A stretch of 64,000 nt of DNA. It comes from a virus. Lineage: Duplodnaviria; Caudoviricetes. The stretch's first letter is position 1; each line of letters begins with the position of its first letter. The notes beneath the pieces were generated by a model. The model had not been told where the DNA came from and did no database searches. It was given only the letters and a program-made list of their open reading frames with translations. The stretch spans positions 31,907-95,906 of IMG/VR virus record IMGVR_UViG_3300009678_001573; one strand, 5' to 3'. Of the stretch, positions 20,687 through 31,181 are shown piece after piece. The position numbers were made by a program, and so were the translations under genes.

Positions 20687-21641
20687 TAAATATTTTTTGT
20701 GGTTTGTAATAATGGCATTAGGGGGTATTGGTGGATATGCCCTAGGCCATAGCATATCAAATAAGGCATTAGAAACTTATAATCGCCAACTTCAAGGTCA
20801 GCTTACAGAAAAAGAGCGAGAGCTTCAGGCTTTAAACACAGAATTGGGTCTTTCACGATCAGAATTAATGACTCAAGAGGAATTAGCTAAAAAATTAGCC
20901 AAAGACAATGAAGAATACGACAAAAAGTTCGCGGCTTTTGTCAAAAAACACAATTTAGAGGTTGCTAGCAGAGATAAAACCATAGCAGAACTCAAACAAT
21001 TGATCGAAGGCGGCGAAACTGACGTGATAGTTAGGGATTGTGCCGAGTTATCAGCAAATTGTGTTATTAAATATACTTGGCAGGACTTTTTCAATCGTTT
21101 TAAACTTGTAGATCCGAATATTTTCGAAAAAAATAATGAACTCTTTGAAAGTAGCCAGGTATTTAAGGTATATGGTGAGGTTTATCAGCAAAGAGAGGGT
21201 TCTTTGCAGACGCGCCGGTTGGTTTTGAGAGAATTATACAAAAAAGCAGATGGTTCTTATGGAGAAGTACCCGGAGCTAAAGCTGAAATTGTAGATTCTG
21301 AATTTCAATACATTAACCCACCTAGACTAGAAGATTTAGACAGCAGTCTATTTAGATTGCGTCTTATCGCCCTGGGCAGTATATTTGTACATCCAAATCC
21401 AGGAAGCACAAGGCTAGGAATTGGTGTTGAATTCTTGAACTTCAAGGGATTCGGACTTAATACTCATACATCTTTTGATTTTAGTGAAGACATCAGCCAA
21501 CACCTAGGTTTAAGTTATAATCCAAGACTTTTTGGTGAGCCATTAAATCTAGCAGCAGGAATATCATACGGCACACCATTCAATAAATTTTTTAAGGAGT
21601 TTTCTTTATCTTTTAATGTTTTGTTTTATATAACTAACTAG
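20667..21641 (+). CDS. membrane-anchored coiled-coil protein with C-terminal amphipathic beta-strands (spanin-like candidate)
   Basis: An N-terminal hydrophobic segment (YFLWFVIMALGGIGGYALG) is followed by a heptad coiled coil (~aa 30-115) and C-terminal alternating strands ending FSLSFNVLFYITN. Confidence 0.55.
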   Translation: MKNLISNKYFLWFVIMALGGIGGYALGHSISNKALETYNRQLQGQLTEKERELQALNTELGLSRSELMTQEELAKKLAKDNEEYDKKFAAFVKKHNLEVASRDKTIAELKQLIEGGETDVIVRDCAELSANCVIKYTWQDFFNRFKLVDPNIFEKNNELFESSQVFKVYGEVYQQREGSLQTRRLVLRELYKKADGSYGEVPGAKAEIVDSEFQYINPPRLEDLDSSLFRLRLIALGSIFVHPNPGSTRLGIGVEFLNFKGFGLNTHTSFDFSEDISQHLGLSYNPRLFGEPLNLAAGISYGTPFNKFFKEFSLSFNVLFYITN

Positions 21642-21651
21642 GAATGGCTAA

Positions 21652-24600
21652 ATGACTATATACCCCGAGGCACTTGATACTGATTTAGAATTACCAAGAA
21701 TAGATGAAAACGTTACTGAAATAAGTGGCGATGCTATCAATTCTTTGCGTGATGCTGTATTCGCTATTGAAAGAGCAATCGGAATAGACCCACAAGGCCA
21801 TGCAGCAAGTTTAGTAGCTAGAATAAATAATGTTATAGATGCCGATGGTAACATAAAAACATCGGCTTTGGCCAGCAGGGGTTTAGTTACTCTCCCAATT
21901 ACTAACGCTCACGTTGGCGATAATGCTGCTATAGAAGAATCAAAATTAGATCTAGATTTTACTACCGCATTTTTAAAAGGTCGTGTTGATTCCAATGCCA
22001 TAGACATAGCTGCGGTCGAGGACAGTCTAAATGCTTTCGCTGCCCAAACTTCATTGCACTTTACCGGTGATGGAGATAGGCACGATGGCTATCAAATCGA
22101 TATTTTAGATTCCATACGTGGAGTTGATGATGTAGAAAGTGCTTTGCATCAGGTTAATAATGCCTTTACTCAGCACGAAAATACTGTAGTAAATGTTCAT
22201 GCTGCCGCTGGTATATCTGTTAATAACGAGTTTCAAACCATTTCTGCAGAGAATGTTCAAGATGCTTTAGTAGAATTAGACAACGCAAACGTGGGTGTTA
22301 TTGATATACATCAAGACGCCATGCATGATAACGCTGCCGTAATTAATGTTAGAGGGCACCAAGGCGACCAGGGTAATCTCAGCGAAACTATTTTAGCAAG
22401 TACAATTTACCAAACAGATATTACTGAAGCAACTAACATTTTACAAGTAATGCGTCCAAATGTTGCGAGAGTTACTAGTAAGAATATAGACCCTCGCTCT
22501 TTATCTATAGGCGTTTCACAAAACTTACGAATAGCGGCAGGCGGACTTAATAGAAGCCCACTTGATGTGAATCTATCCTCTATAATTCCAACAGAGGATA
22601 TAGATACAATTGTATCTAAAATAAACGAAACCGCACGAACTGAACACTACCCTATATCTTCCTATAACACCGGTGGCAAACTTACGATAGCTCATAATCT
22701 GCCAGGTGAACAATTTACAATACAAATTTCTGATGCTGTTTCATTTCCTGCCGCAGAGGCTCTAGGATTTGGTGACGTTGTCTCAACTGTATTTGAATGG
22801 TCAGATAATCATCACTCTGCCTATGTAGGTGGAAAGAAAATATTAGACCTCAAAACATTATTAGACATTAGTCACACTCATGGTTCTGCTTCTGCCACTA
22901 TAGCACCAGGATTAGGTGACCTATCAGCTTTTGGTTTAGATAACGATAATACTGGCGGCGGTGCAGGCAGAGTACTATGTCACATTACTAATCACGATAC
23001 GGATTCAACCGCTAACGGAACTTATTATATAACAACTTATCCCACTACAAGCACATTTGTCTTAAATGAAATTATTCCTGCCGGCGTATTTGATTTAGAA
23101 ATAGTTGCAGACTCTACTAACTTCATAAATAGTTCTAATGGCGAAATTTTCGATATATTTTTAGAAGATGTAGTAGATGGCTATGCCGCTGTAACCAAAT
23201 CCAAGAGAGTTGCCTATGGCCCCATCGCCGGCGTAAGCATTAGAGCAGTATCAAATACCTTTCCAGATCAAGGAATGGAATGGCAGATAACCGATGCTAC
23301 CTATATTAAATTTATTCAAGACGGCGATGATGGCGAAATAGTCACAATTCCAGCCGGGTTTCAGGGACATCTTAAGGTTTATGCCCCAGATAATATCAAT
23401 AGTGCTATAATAGAAGTTACTGGCAATCCTGGCAGTTCAGCTCAAACAATTACAATGACGCCGTTTGCCGAAACAGATGATTCTTTATATATTTCTTCCG
23501 TACATTACTCTGGAAATTTTGGAACCTCTGTACTTAAATTTGTTACAGATAAAAGAAAAATAGGCGGCTCGGTCGAAAATAAAACAGAAAATAAATTAAG
23601 TCCACTACCATTTGAAGAAAGTATTAAGGATTTGCGCAATAATGGCATAGTGAGAGGATTCGAATTTGTTTCATCTGGCAGCAGCTCTTTTACTGTCAGG
23701 GGCGGAAGAGCATATGTCGATGGCCGCAAATTAGATGTTCCTACCAAAGAAATTGTAGTTACCGATTTTAGTCCCGCTAATAAGCTTTTACTACTGGACA
23801 GAGATGGTAATTATATTATTAAAGATGAATTTGACCCAGGATATTCTTTCGCAGAATTAACACAAGGAGAAGATTCATATGGTGATCATTTAGGTCTTGC
23901 TACTATATTGGAATTTTCTACTGATGGTGCATCCATAACACCAGATGGTTATTTTACAGATCGTCGTTTAATGATAGGCAAGATAGACAAACGTATTCTT
24001 GATAAAATTGGTGGTTTAAATCAAAGAGTGGCGGAAATTGAGAACACAGTTGCTGGTAATTTTTGGGGAAATATAGATGCGTATCAAGATGGAAACATAT
24101 CTAATATTACTTTAGCAACCAATCCAGGGCTTACCGCTTTAGATGAAGTTGGGTTTGCAGGTGGAAATAATCTAGTAACTACAAGAAGATTCGAAGTCAT
24201 AGATACTTGGACAGCCACAAATCACACTATGTTCCGTGCTTTAGGCGCATCTCATATTAATGTTTTCGTAGAAGTTAGATATTCCGGGCAAGGTGGTGGT
24301 GCTTTTGGAACTAGCGGAGAATTCACTTTACAAATAGGTTCGAGTTTTGATGTTGGTTTAGATAGCGTGACTACTACAGAGGACTATGCTATAGTTAAAA
24401 CTATAGATGATGATGTATTACCTTCTAATTCAGTAAAAGAAAGATATGTTATATCTGTTCCTCTTGATGTAGTGGGTGTACCAACACACGCATTTTTCGA
24501 TATTAGGCCGAGAGTTAAAATTACAGGTTCTACTTATGCAGATGGCGGAAGCGGTGGAGATGTAAATCCGATAATACAAATTTTTAATATGCGAATAGTT

Positions 24601-24684
24601 ACATCTAGCTATAGCATAGCAGGCAACATATTAGGAGATAGCACTAATCAGACATTAGCAACGACTATTGGAGATGTGCTTTAA
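21652..24684 (+). CDS. virion fibre/baseplate-associated structural protein (1010 aa), paralog of 24694
   Basis: The N-terminal ~150 aa are highly similar to the next gene. Homologous blocks recur (ARV.S, P.....IAHNL.GE.FT, DLR..G..RGF, RGG.AYV.G, D.R..I..D). Confidence 0.65.
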   Translation: MTIYPEALDTDLELPRIDENVTEISGDAINSLRDAVFAIERAIGIDPQGHAASLVARINNVIDADGNIKTSALASRGLVTLPITNAHVGDNAAIEESKLDLDFTTAFLKGRVDSNAIDIAAVEDSLNAFAAQTSLHFTGDGDRHDGYQIDILDSIRGVDDVESALHQVNNAFTQHENTVVNVHAAAGISVNNEFQTISAENVQDALVELDNANVGVIDIHQDAMHDNAAVINVRGHQGDQGNLSETILASTIYQTDITEATNILQVMRPNVARVTSKNIDPRSLSIGVSQNLRIAAGGLNRSPLDVNLSSIIPTEDIDTIVSKINETARTEHYPISSYNTGGKLTIAHNLPGEQFTIQISDAVSFPAAEALGFGDVVSTVFEWSDNHHSAYVGGKKILDLKTLLDISHTHGSASATIAPGLGDLSAFGLDNDNTGGGAGRVLCHITNHDTDSTANGTYYITTYPTTSTFVLNEIIPAGVFDLEIVADSTNFINSSNGEIFDIFLEDVVDGYAAVTKSKRVAYGPIAGVSIRAVSNTFPDQGMEWQITDATYIKFIQDGDDGEIVTIPAGFQGHLKVYAPDNINSAIIEVTGNPGSSAQTITMTPFAETDDSLYISSVHYSGNFGTSVLKFVTDKRKIGGSVENKTENKLSPLPFEESIKDLRNNGIVRGFEFVSSGSSSFTVRGGRAYVDGRKLDVPTKEIVVTDFSPANKLLLLDRDGNYIIKDEFDPGYSFAELTQGEDSYGDHLGLATILEFSTDGASITPDGYFTDRRLMIGKIDKRILDKIGGLNQRVAEIENTVAGNFWGNIDAYQDGNISNITLATNPGLTALDEVGFAGGNNLVTTRRFEVIDTWTATNHTMFRALGASHINVFVEVRYSGQGGGAFGTSGEFTLQIGSSFDVGLDSVTTTEDYAIVKTIDDDVLPSNSVKERYVISVPLDVVGVPTHAFFDIRPRVKITGSTYADGGSGGDVNPIIQIFNMRIVTSSYSIAGNILGDSTNQTLATTIGDVL
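21921..21956 (+). repeat. 36-nt exact direct repeat, second copy at 24966-25001
   Basis: TAATGCTGCTATAGAAGAATCAAAATTAGATCTAGA occurs in both paralogous genes. A further 32-nt match with one mismatch lies at 21739-21770 and 24784-24815. Confidence 0.85.
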
Positions 24685-24693
24685 AGGTGAAGA

Positions 24694-27600
24694 ATGGCAA
24701 CTATTTATCCTGAGAGACTAGATACAGATTTGGAAATTCGCAGAATTGATGACGACATTACTGAAATGGGTGGTGATGTTGTTAATTCTTTGCGCGATGC
24801 TGTATTCGCTATTGAGGGTGCTATAGGTATAGAGCCACAGGGAAATAAAGCTAGCCTTGTGGATAGAATAAATGTAGCTATCGATGACAACGGCAATATA
24901 AAAAGATCTGCGTTAGAAGACCTAGGACTGCTCACTCTACCGATTGTTAATAGACATATTGCTTTTAATGCTGCTATAGAAGAATCAAAATTAGATCTAG
25001 ACTTTGGAACGATAACGCTTAAGAATCTTATTGACTCTTTGCGCGTAGATATGACCGCCGCTCAGTCCAGTATTGCCGGCGGCGCAGCGGCATTTAGCTT
25101 ACACGTTCTTGGGCAAGACCATTTTCACGATGGCTACCAGATTAAAATTGACGTAGAAAACGACAATGGGGTCGCAGGATTAGTGGCTGAAACTGTCGGT
25201 GATGCTATTAACGAACTTAGCATTGTTCTATTAGCTGGTGATAACACACGAACGCCACATATAAATCTTGACCTTCCATCATCTGTAAAGCACGAAGCCT
25301 CTGAAATAGCTGTTGATACTATTAATTTTGAGTCTATCGACAGATCAGTTACTTCAGTTCAACAGGCCTTTGATAGCATTGACGCCGCACAAGGCATTCT
25401 AGGAATTACACACGTAGATAATTTCCATGCTAACGGTATACTAAAAGATATCAGTTCTGGAACATTCTTTAATGAAAATCGCTTATTGTTGGGCCCAATT
25501 GTAGGCATATCATATACCGAAAATACTAGTGTAATAAAAATACCAGGCGTGACCTCCTTTTCTACCTTAGGTATTACCGCAGGAAGTATATTGGAAATAG
25601 TTTCAGCCGGCTTACAAGATGTTGGGACTTATCAAATACGAGCTGTTGGCCCTCTTCAAGATGGCTCAACACTTGGTGATTTGCCAGTTCTTGCTTCTGA
25701 TGAACTAGCGGTATTTCATATATTTGTAGAAACCTTATCAGACAGCGAAGAAGCCGTTGCTAATATATATGAACCAACATCTGTATCAAGCGAAGGCGCA
25801 CCATTAGCTTGCGTGGTACGAAATAATCAGACAATTGTAGATACAATATCAATCCTTCCTCCTGACGCAGCTAGAGTAGTTAGCGTTGGTTTTAATAGTA
25901 GCATATTAAATTCTGATGGATATGAGATTGCCGTAAGAGTTGGTATAGGTCAAAATAATTTTAGAGAACTAACTATACCAGACTTGAATTTGGAGCGACT
26001 AGGCACAAATCAAGCCCAACCAGTTGACGCCAAGTCCGTTGCAGAAAGAATTAACGCCTATGTATCTAGCCCAACCCTAGGATTCAATTTTCCAATCACA
26101 GCTTACAGAATAGGCAATGAATTAGCAATTGCTCATAACTTGGTGGGCGAAGAATTTACACTAGAGATTTTGGACGGCTATACTGGCAACTTTGCGTTAG
26201 GCCTGGATGCTTATGGTGCCGATGTAGTAGATAGAGTTGTTGCAGGAAACATTAATAACATTTATTCTGTGAATGGCGTTTCGCTATCTTCACTGCGAAT
26301 CGCATTTGATGGCTACACTAATATTAGCTCTGCTACAGACACATTTTCTTTATGGACGAATGAAGGCGCTATGGTTAATCCATTGCACCTTGGTATTTCA
26401 CAGGGTTCAGTAATACATATAACTGAACATCCAACTTTAGAGACTAATGGAAGTTACACATTATTTGGAGCAACTTCTACAACAGTATCTTTATTTGCAG
26501 CAGAACCAATAGATGCACCGACTAACCCAACTACATTTAAAGTATTAGTTTCTGATTCAAATGTGCCTTTGTCGGTATTAGAAAGTGCCGAAACTGATAA
26601 TGGCTTGGTAGAATTGTATATCGATTCAGATGGTAAAGTATTAGTTCATGAAAGATTTTCTTATGGAACCAATTTAGGTTCTGCGGTTGAAGTAATAGAC
26701 ATATCTAATAACTTCCCAGTTGGAAACTTTACACTTAATGTTGGAACTACAGCCAGTGAAGCTTTATTTACTTTAATAGAGGACTCACTACCGGGCGAAA
26801 CAGTAACTGTTCAAACTGACTTTAAGGGAGTGTTTAAGCTTTATCATCCGAACAATATAGATTATGTGTTGGTAAAAGTTACCGCCGGAACAATAGTTGA
26901 TGGTACAGAAATCATAGCAGTTCAACCACCACTTAATTATGATGAATCATTTCAATTGTGCGCCTTACATTTCAACGGAACCCTTTCTATTACAAATACA
27001 ATAGATAAGCGCTTCTTTGGTAATTTGAGTGCTAATCAGGTAAGAGATGACTTCATTGAATTATTCAGTCAACGTCCTATTTCTGATTTGCGTTCAGACG
27101 GCGTCGCTCGTGGCTTTGACGTAATGGACATTCCATTTGTAGATAGTATTACTCAAATGCAGGCCCTACCTCTACGCGGCGGTATAGCATATGTGAACGG
27201 AGTAAGGCTGACGGTCGAAACTCAAAAAGTCATTGTTCCTTCGTTTGACGAAGAAGGAACAATGCTTAATAACGCAAGAAGAATAATCGGAATTAACGAA
27301 TTTGGTTCGATTAGGGTATTCTCTGATGAGCTTGGAGAATTGCTATCCGATGGTTATAATGCAAGTATAGAGTTTGGAAAAATTCTACCTTTATACCAAA
27401 TTACTATAAATAATGGCGTAATAGACGCAGTAACTGATTTGCGCTTATTCATTAATAACTTGGATAACAAGCTTGAATTAATAGTGGATGAAACAAATAA
27501 CGTAGTAGGTAACTTCAGAAGTCTAGAAGGCGCTTTGTTATACGCTTCTTCATATCCACACAGAGAGCATCTAACTATTAAAATTATCAATTCGGTTTAT

Positions 27601-29781
27601 CCAAATGGGCAAGTTATAGTTCCAGATGGTATTTCTATCATAGGTGGCGCACCATATGGTGGTAATGAAAGACATCAAATTGTAAATACTTTAGAATTAG
27701 GAAATTCCTTTTTGGTGTTGTCAGGCAATAACAGATTAGAGAATATAGAAATTGTTAGTGAGCTAGCAACTACAAACGGCGCTCTAGTAGAAGTGGCCAA
27801 TGGAAACGTGAATATAGAAAAATGTTTATTACGATTTAACGAAGATGTTACATCAACAGATTCTGACGTTGGCATCTTGGTTAGTGTAAATGCAAGCCAA
27901 GATGTTAAAATAGTAAATAATAAAATAGATACTGTGTATTCTGGCATTGTAAGCTTGGAAGGTTGCAACAGACTCGTGGTTAAAGAGAATGTCATAACTA
28001 ACTTGGCTGGAACTGGTGGGGTTTCTAATGGTATCAAGATTGGAAGTGTGAGCAGAGAAGTTGCTAATGTTTCGATTGCTGATAATATTATAGAAGTTCC
28101 GAGTGTAGTGTTGGAATCTGATATACGTGGTATTTTTGTTGATATCGGCGAGACTATAGAAGAATTAAGAATAGTTAATAATTCTATTGTTCATACTGCT
28201 AGTAACACAATGACTAATGGTATTAGAATAGAGAATGAGTTGGCAACAGGAAATAAAGCCGCCAAAGTGTTCATACTCAATAATCAAATACAAGGCATAG
28301 CGTTGGATGATAACGACGTATGGGGCATTTATATCTCAAGCGTAGAAGATGGTAAGATATCCAATAACATGATTTCAGATGTTGGAGTTTCAACTGATAA
28401 CACAGATGTGGCTTGCATTGGAATTGGTGATGATGTAGATTTTGCTGATGTTACTGGAAATATTTTAAAGAATTGTGACGTAACTCGGGGAATTGAAGTG
28501 ACAAGCGCCGGCCAAGTAAATATATCGGGCAATACACTAGATACTTTGGGCGCAAACGCTTTCTATATAAATGGTAATGCAACGCATTCTTCTGTATCAA
28601 ATAATATTTTAGTTGGGCCGGGCGACTATGGTATAAGATGGACTGGAACCAATTCAAAGATTTCAGATAATAATTTAAGTCAACCAGGCGATGCTACCGA
28701 GTATGCTTTCAGTAGTTATGCTATTTATGTATTAACTAGTGATGTTGATGTTATGAATAATACTATCACAGGCATGGTATATGATGATAATGCGGTTACG
28801 AAGCCCGTAGGTATTACTAATGCTACAGTTGGAAGAGATAGAATTAAAATTATAGGCAATACAATCTCTGGCAGCTTTATGTATAGACCAATAGAATTAT
28901 TTGGTGAAGGACACTGCGTATCTAATAATAGAATATTTAATGATGAAATAATAGATGATAATGATACAGACTTTATAGTTCTTAATGGAACTACTAACTC
29001 ATTGGTGATGGGCAATACCATTCAGGGCGATGGGCGTTATGCATTCTCTAATCTAGATTCTTCCGACGCAGCCACTACGGTATCTAATATAACAATTTCC
29101 AACAATATCATAGACCCAAGTCCAGGTAGTATAGGGCAGATAAGCGGTTCATTTAATTTAAATAGCTCTTCTGTTTCTAATTGTTTTATATCCGGCAACA
29201 GACTTCCGGTTAATAGCGCAAGTGTTACTGGCGATGACTTAATAGGAAGTACAACTGCATTAGATTATGGCGATAATACTAATACTATTGGATTGAATGC
29301 TGGGCTTATGGATATCAGAAATATCAATGCTTCTTTAGCAACTACATCATACGATTCGGCAACGAGCAATCCACATTGGGCTATGAAAGACTCTGCCAAT
29401 TATTGGGAATTATTCAATACAGCTTCTTTGACTAGAAATTTATATTTCCCAATTAATGGATTACCCAATGGTGCTCAATTGCTATCAGTTCAGGCACAGG
29501 GATTATATAATAGTCAAGGAACGCTAACTATTCAGGCATTTAGAAAGAATAGATCAGCATTATCATCCAGTGCAATAAGCTCCTCTGATACTATAACTGA
29601 CGCAACTTTTGGTATCACCGGCAATACAGATGGTTTAGTTAATACTACAACCAATGATGCTGATGGAGAAATCATTAATTATTATGATTTTCAGTATTAT
29701 GTAACTATAACTCATACTGGTGGAGCAGCCGCGCCAAGTGGTAATAGAATACACGGCTTGACAGTAATATTTAGATATTAA
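24694..29781 (+). CDS. tailspike-like structural protein (1695 aa): shared N-terminal module plus C-terminal parallel beta-helix
   Basis: The N-terminal ~930 aa are paralogous to 21652. GNFRSLEGAL is followed by right-handed beta-helix repeats (I.NN.I, ISGN). Confidence 0.7.
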   Translation: MATIYPERLDTDLEIRRIDDDITEMGGDVVNSLRDAVFAIEGAIGIEPQGNKASLVDRINVAIDDNGNIKRSALEDLGLLTLPIVNRHIAFNAAIEESKLDLDFGTITLKNLIDSLRVDMTAAQSSIAGGAAAFSLHVLGQDHFHDGYQIKIDVENDNGVAGLVAETVGDAINELSIVLLAGDNTRTPHINLDLPSSVKHEASEIAVDTINFESIDRSVTSVQQAFDSIDAAQGILGITHVDNFHANGILKDISSGTFFNENRLLLGPIVGISYTENTSVIKIPGVTSFSTLGITAGSILEIVSAGLQDVGTYQIRAVGPLQDGSTLGDLPVLASDELAVFHIFVETLSDSEEAVANIYEPTSVSSEGAPLACVVRNNQTIVDTISILPPDAARVVSVGFNSSILNSDGYEIAVRVGIGQNNFRELTIPDLNLERLGTNQAQPVDAKSVAERINAYVSSPTLGFNFPITAYRIGNELAIAHNLVGEEFTLEILDGYTGNFALGLDAYGADVVDRVVAGNINNIYSVNGVSLSSLRIAFDGYTNISSATDTFSLWTNEGAMVNPLHLGISQGSVIHITEHPTLETNGSYTLFGATSTTVSLFAAEPIDAPTNPTTFKVLVSDSNVPLSVLESAETDNGLVELYIDSDGKVLVHERFSYGTNLGSAVEVIDISNNFPVGNFTLNVGTTASEALFTLIEDSLPGETVTVQTDFKGVFKLYHPNNIDYVLVKVTAGTIVDGTEIIAVQPPLNYDESFQLCALHFNGTLSITNTIDKRFFGNLSANQVRDDFIELFSQRPISDLRSDGVARGFDVMDIPFVDSITQMQALPLRGGIAYVNGVRLTVETQKVIVPSFDEEGTMLNNARRIIGINEFGSIRVFSDELGELLSDGYNASIEFGKILPLYQITINNGVIDAVTDLRLFINNLDNKLELIVDETNNVVGNFRSLEGALLYASSYPHREHLTIKIINSVYPNGQVIVPDGISIIGGAPYGGNERHQIVNTLELGNSFLVLSGNNRLENIEIVSELATTNGALVEVANGNVNIEKCLLRFNEDVTSTDSDVGILVSVNASQDVKIVNNKIDTVYSGIVSLEGCNRLVVKENVITNLAGTGGVSNGIKIGSVSREVANVSIADNIIEVPSVVLESDIRGIFVDIGETIEELRIVNNSIVHTASNTMTNGIRIENELATGNKAAKVFILNNQIQGIALDDNDVWGIYISSVEDGKISNNMISDVGVSTDNTDVACIGIGDDVDFADVTGNILKNCDVTRGIEVTSAGQVNISGNTLDTLGANAFYINGNATHSSVSNNILVGPGDYGIRWTGTNSKISDNNLSQPGDATEYAFSSYAIYVLTSDVDVMNNTITGMVYDDNAVTKPVGITNATVGRDRIKIIGNTISGSFMYRPIELFGEGHCVSNNRIFNDEIIDDNDTDFIVLNGTTNSLVMGNTIQGDGRYAFSNLDSSDAATTVSNITISNNIIDPSPGSIGQISGSFNLNSSSVSNCFISGNRLPVNSASVTGDDLIGSTTALDYGDNTNTIGLNAGLMDIRNINASLATTSYDSATSNPHWAMKDSANYWELFNTASLTRNLYFPINGLPNGAQLLSVQAQGLYNSQGTLTIQAFRKNRSALSSSAISSSDTITDATFGITGNTDGLVNTTTNDADGEIINYYDFQYYVTITHTGGAAAPSGNRIHGLTVIFRY

Positions 29782-29791
29782 GGAGTTTAGA

Positions 29792-30379
29792 ATGGCAGAC
29801 AAAAGTGGGATAGAGATGCTAGAAATGATTTTGGCGAGATTAGATTTTCTGGAAAAGAAGATTGATGTTCTCGACCAAAATATAAAAAGAGTAGCTAATT
29901 CAACAAAGATGGCCGAGATGATAAATAAGGCAGTCGGAACACCAGTTGAAGCTTGGGCAAAAGCCAACAAGCCTAAGATACAGGCCGTTGAAGGCAAAGA
30001 CAAGAAAGCTACAGATACTAAGAGTGGTATGAGATTTAAGTTTGAGCCAACTGACGCATCCAAAGTTGCCCAACCAATAGTAGCAACACCGGCGAAAAGA
30101 GCGGTTCAAGCAGTACATAATGTGGTGGTAAAGGGCAAAATGGTTACGGTAGCTGGTGATAAGAGCATACCGCTGACCGAAGTAGCAGTTAAAATATATG
30201 ATGCTAAAGACGCATTAATTAAAGAAACTAAAACGAATAGAGCGGGTCAGTGGGTTAGTCATTTGCCGCCAGGAAAATATATTGCAGAGATGACTGGCTT
30301 ATTTAATGGACAAGAGTTGATACCGCAAAACATTAATTTCGAAATTCCAGAAGGTGTTAAAGAATTCGAGGTTCGCTAA
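29792..30379 (+). CDS. hypothetical protein with N-terminal coiled coil and C-terminal prealbumin/carboxypeptidase-regulatory-like domain
   Basis: PLTEVAVKIYD....IKETKTNRAGQW...LPPGKY is a transthyretin-like beta-sandwich signature. AAGGAG SD. Confidence 0.6.
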   Translation: MADKSGIEMLEMILARLDFLEKKIDVLDQNIKRVANSTKMAEMINKAVGTPVEAWAKANKPKIQAVEGKDKKATDTKSGMRFKFEPTDASKVAQPIVATPAKRAVQAVHNVVVKGKMVTVAGDKSIPLTEVAVKIYDAKDALIKETKTNRAGQWVSHLPPGKYIAEMTGLFNGQELIPQNINFEIPEGVKEFEVR

Positions 30380-30381
30380 AA

Positions 30382-31167
30382 ATGGTTTCTATTTACAGTC
30401 ATAGAGTTATTTCTGATATCTTTAACTTGGAACATGTTGTTCAGCAAGTTGGAATGGTTGCGACTAAAAACACCTTAATAGATACCTTACGCGATATCTT
30501 TCGACAAGATCGCGAATGGAAATATGTCCAAGATGTCTTTGGCTTTCCTAAGACACCCAGTCATCTTGGCTTAGCTCCCGATGCTGGTTTAAACGATGAA
30601 GAAACTACACGCATATTTATAGGCAGTACTTATAGGTATGATGTTAAGTTTAATCCCTCTATCATAGTAAAAAATACAGGCAGCACCTATAATCCCATTT
30701 CCTTCAACCAAGATTTCTTAGGCGTCGTCTATAGAAAGGAGTCTTTATCAGATGGCTATGGCAATAGAACTGTCGTAAATACTCCTGCATTTAACGTATT
30801 GGTCGGCGCTTGGGAACAAACTTACGAAATCAAAGTAATAGCCGAGAGTGAAGTGGATCGTGAAGAAATAACCGATATAGTAATGGTTTCTCTGATAGGT
30901 TCTAGACGCAGAGAATTAGAGCAAGCCGGTGTATTCATTAAGACAATAAGGTCTGGTGGCGAGACAGAAGAGCCCTATGCCAATGACTTCCTATATACTG
31001 TATCTATTAATATTGACGTTAGAACTGAGTGGAAGATACATATTCCTATAAATGATGTATGTGAGCGTATAGCGTTATGCCTAACTTTTAACGCCCTTGA
31101 TACTGATCCGCCTGCAAATGGACTAGATATCAATGAGCAGCTTACTCAGGCCGATGAATTAAGTTAG
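30382..31167 (+). CDS. tail completion / terminator-like protein
   Basis: It lies immediately upstream of the sheath gene, has a suitable size (261 aa), and shows the P.IIVK...YEIKVIAESEVDREEITDIV pattern of tail-terminator folds. Confidence 0.6.
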   Translation: MVSIYSHRVISDIFNLEHVVQQVGMVATKNTLIDTLRDIFRQDREWKYVQDVFGFPKTPSHLGLAPDAGLNDEETTRIFIGSTYRYDVKFNPSIIVKNTGSTYNPISFNQDFLGVVYRKESLSDGYGNRTVVNTPAFNVLVGAWEQTYEIKVIAESEVDREEITDIVMVSLIGSRRRELEQAGVFIKTIRSGGETEEPYANDFLYTVSINIDVRTEWKIHIPINDVCERIALCLTFNALDTDPPANGLDINEQLTQADELS

Positions 31168-31181
31168 TTAAATGGCTTAAA

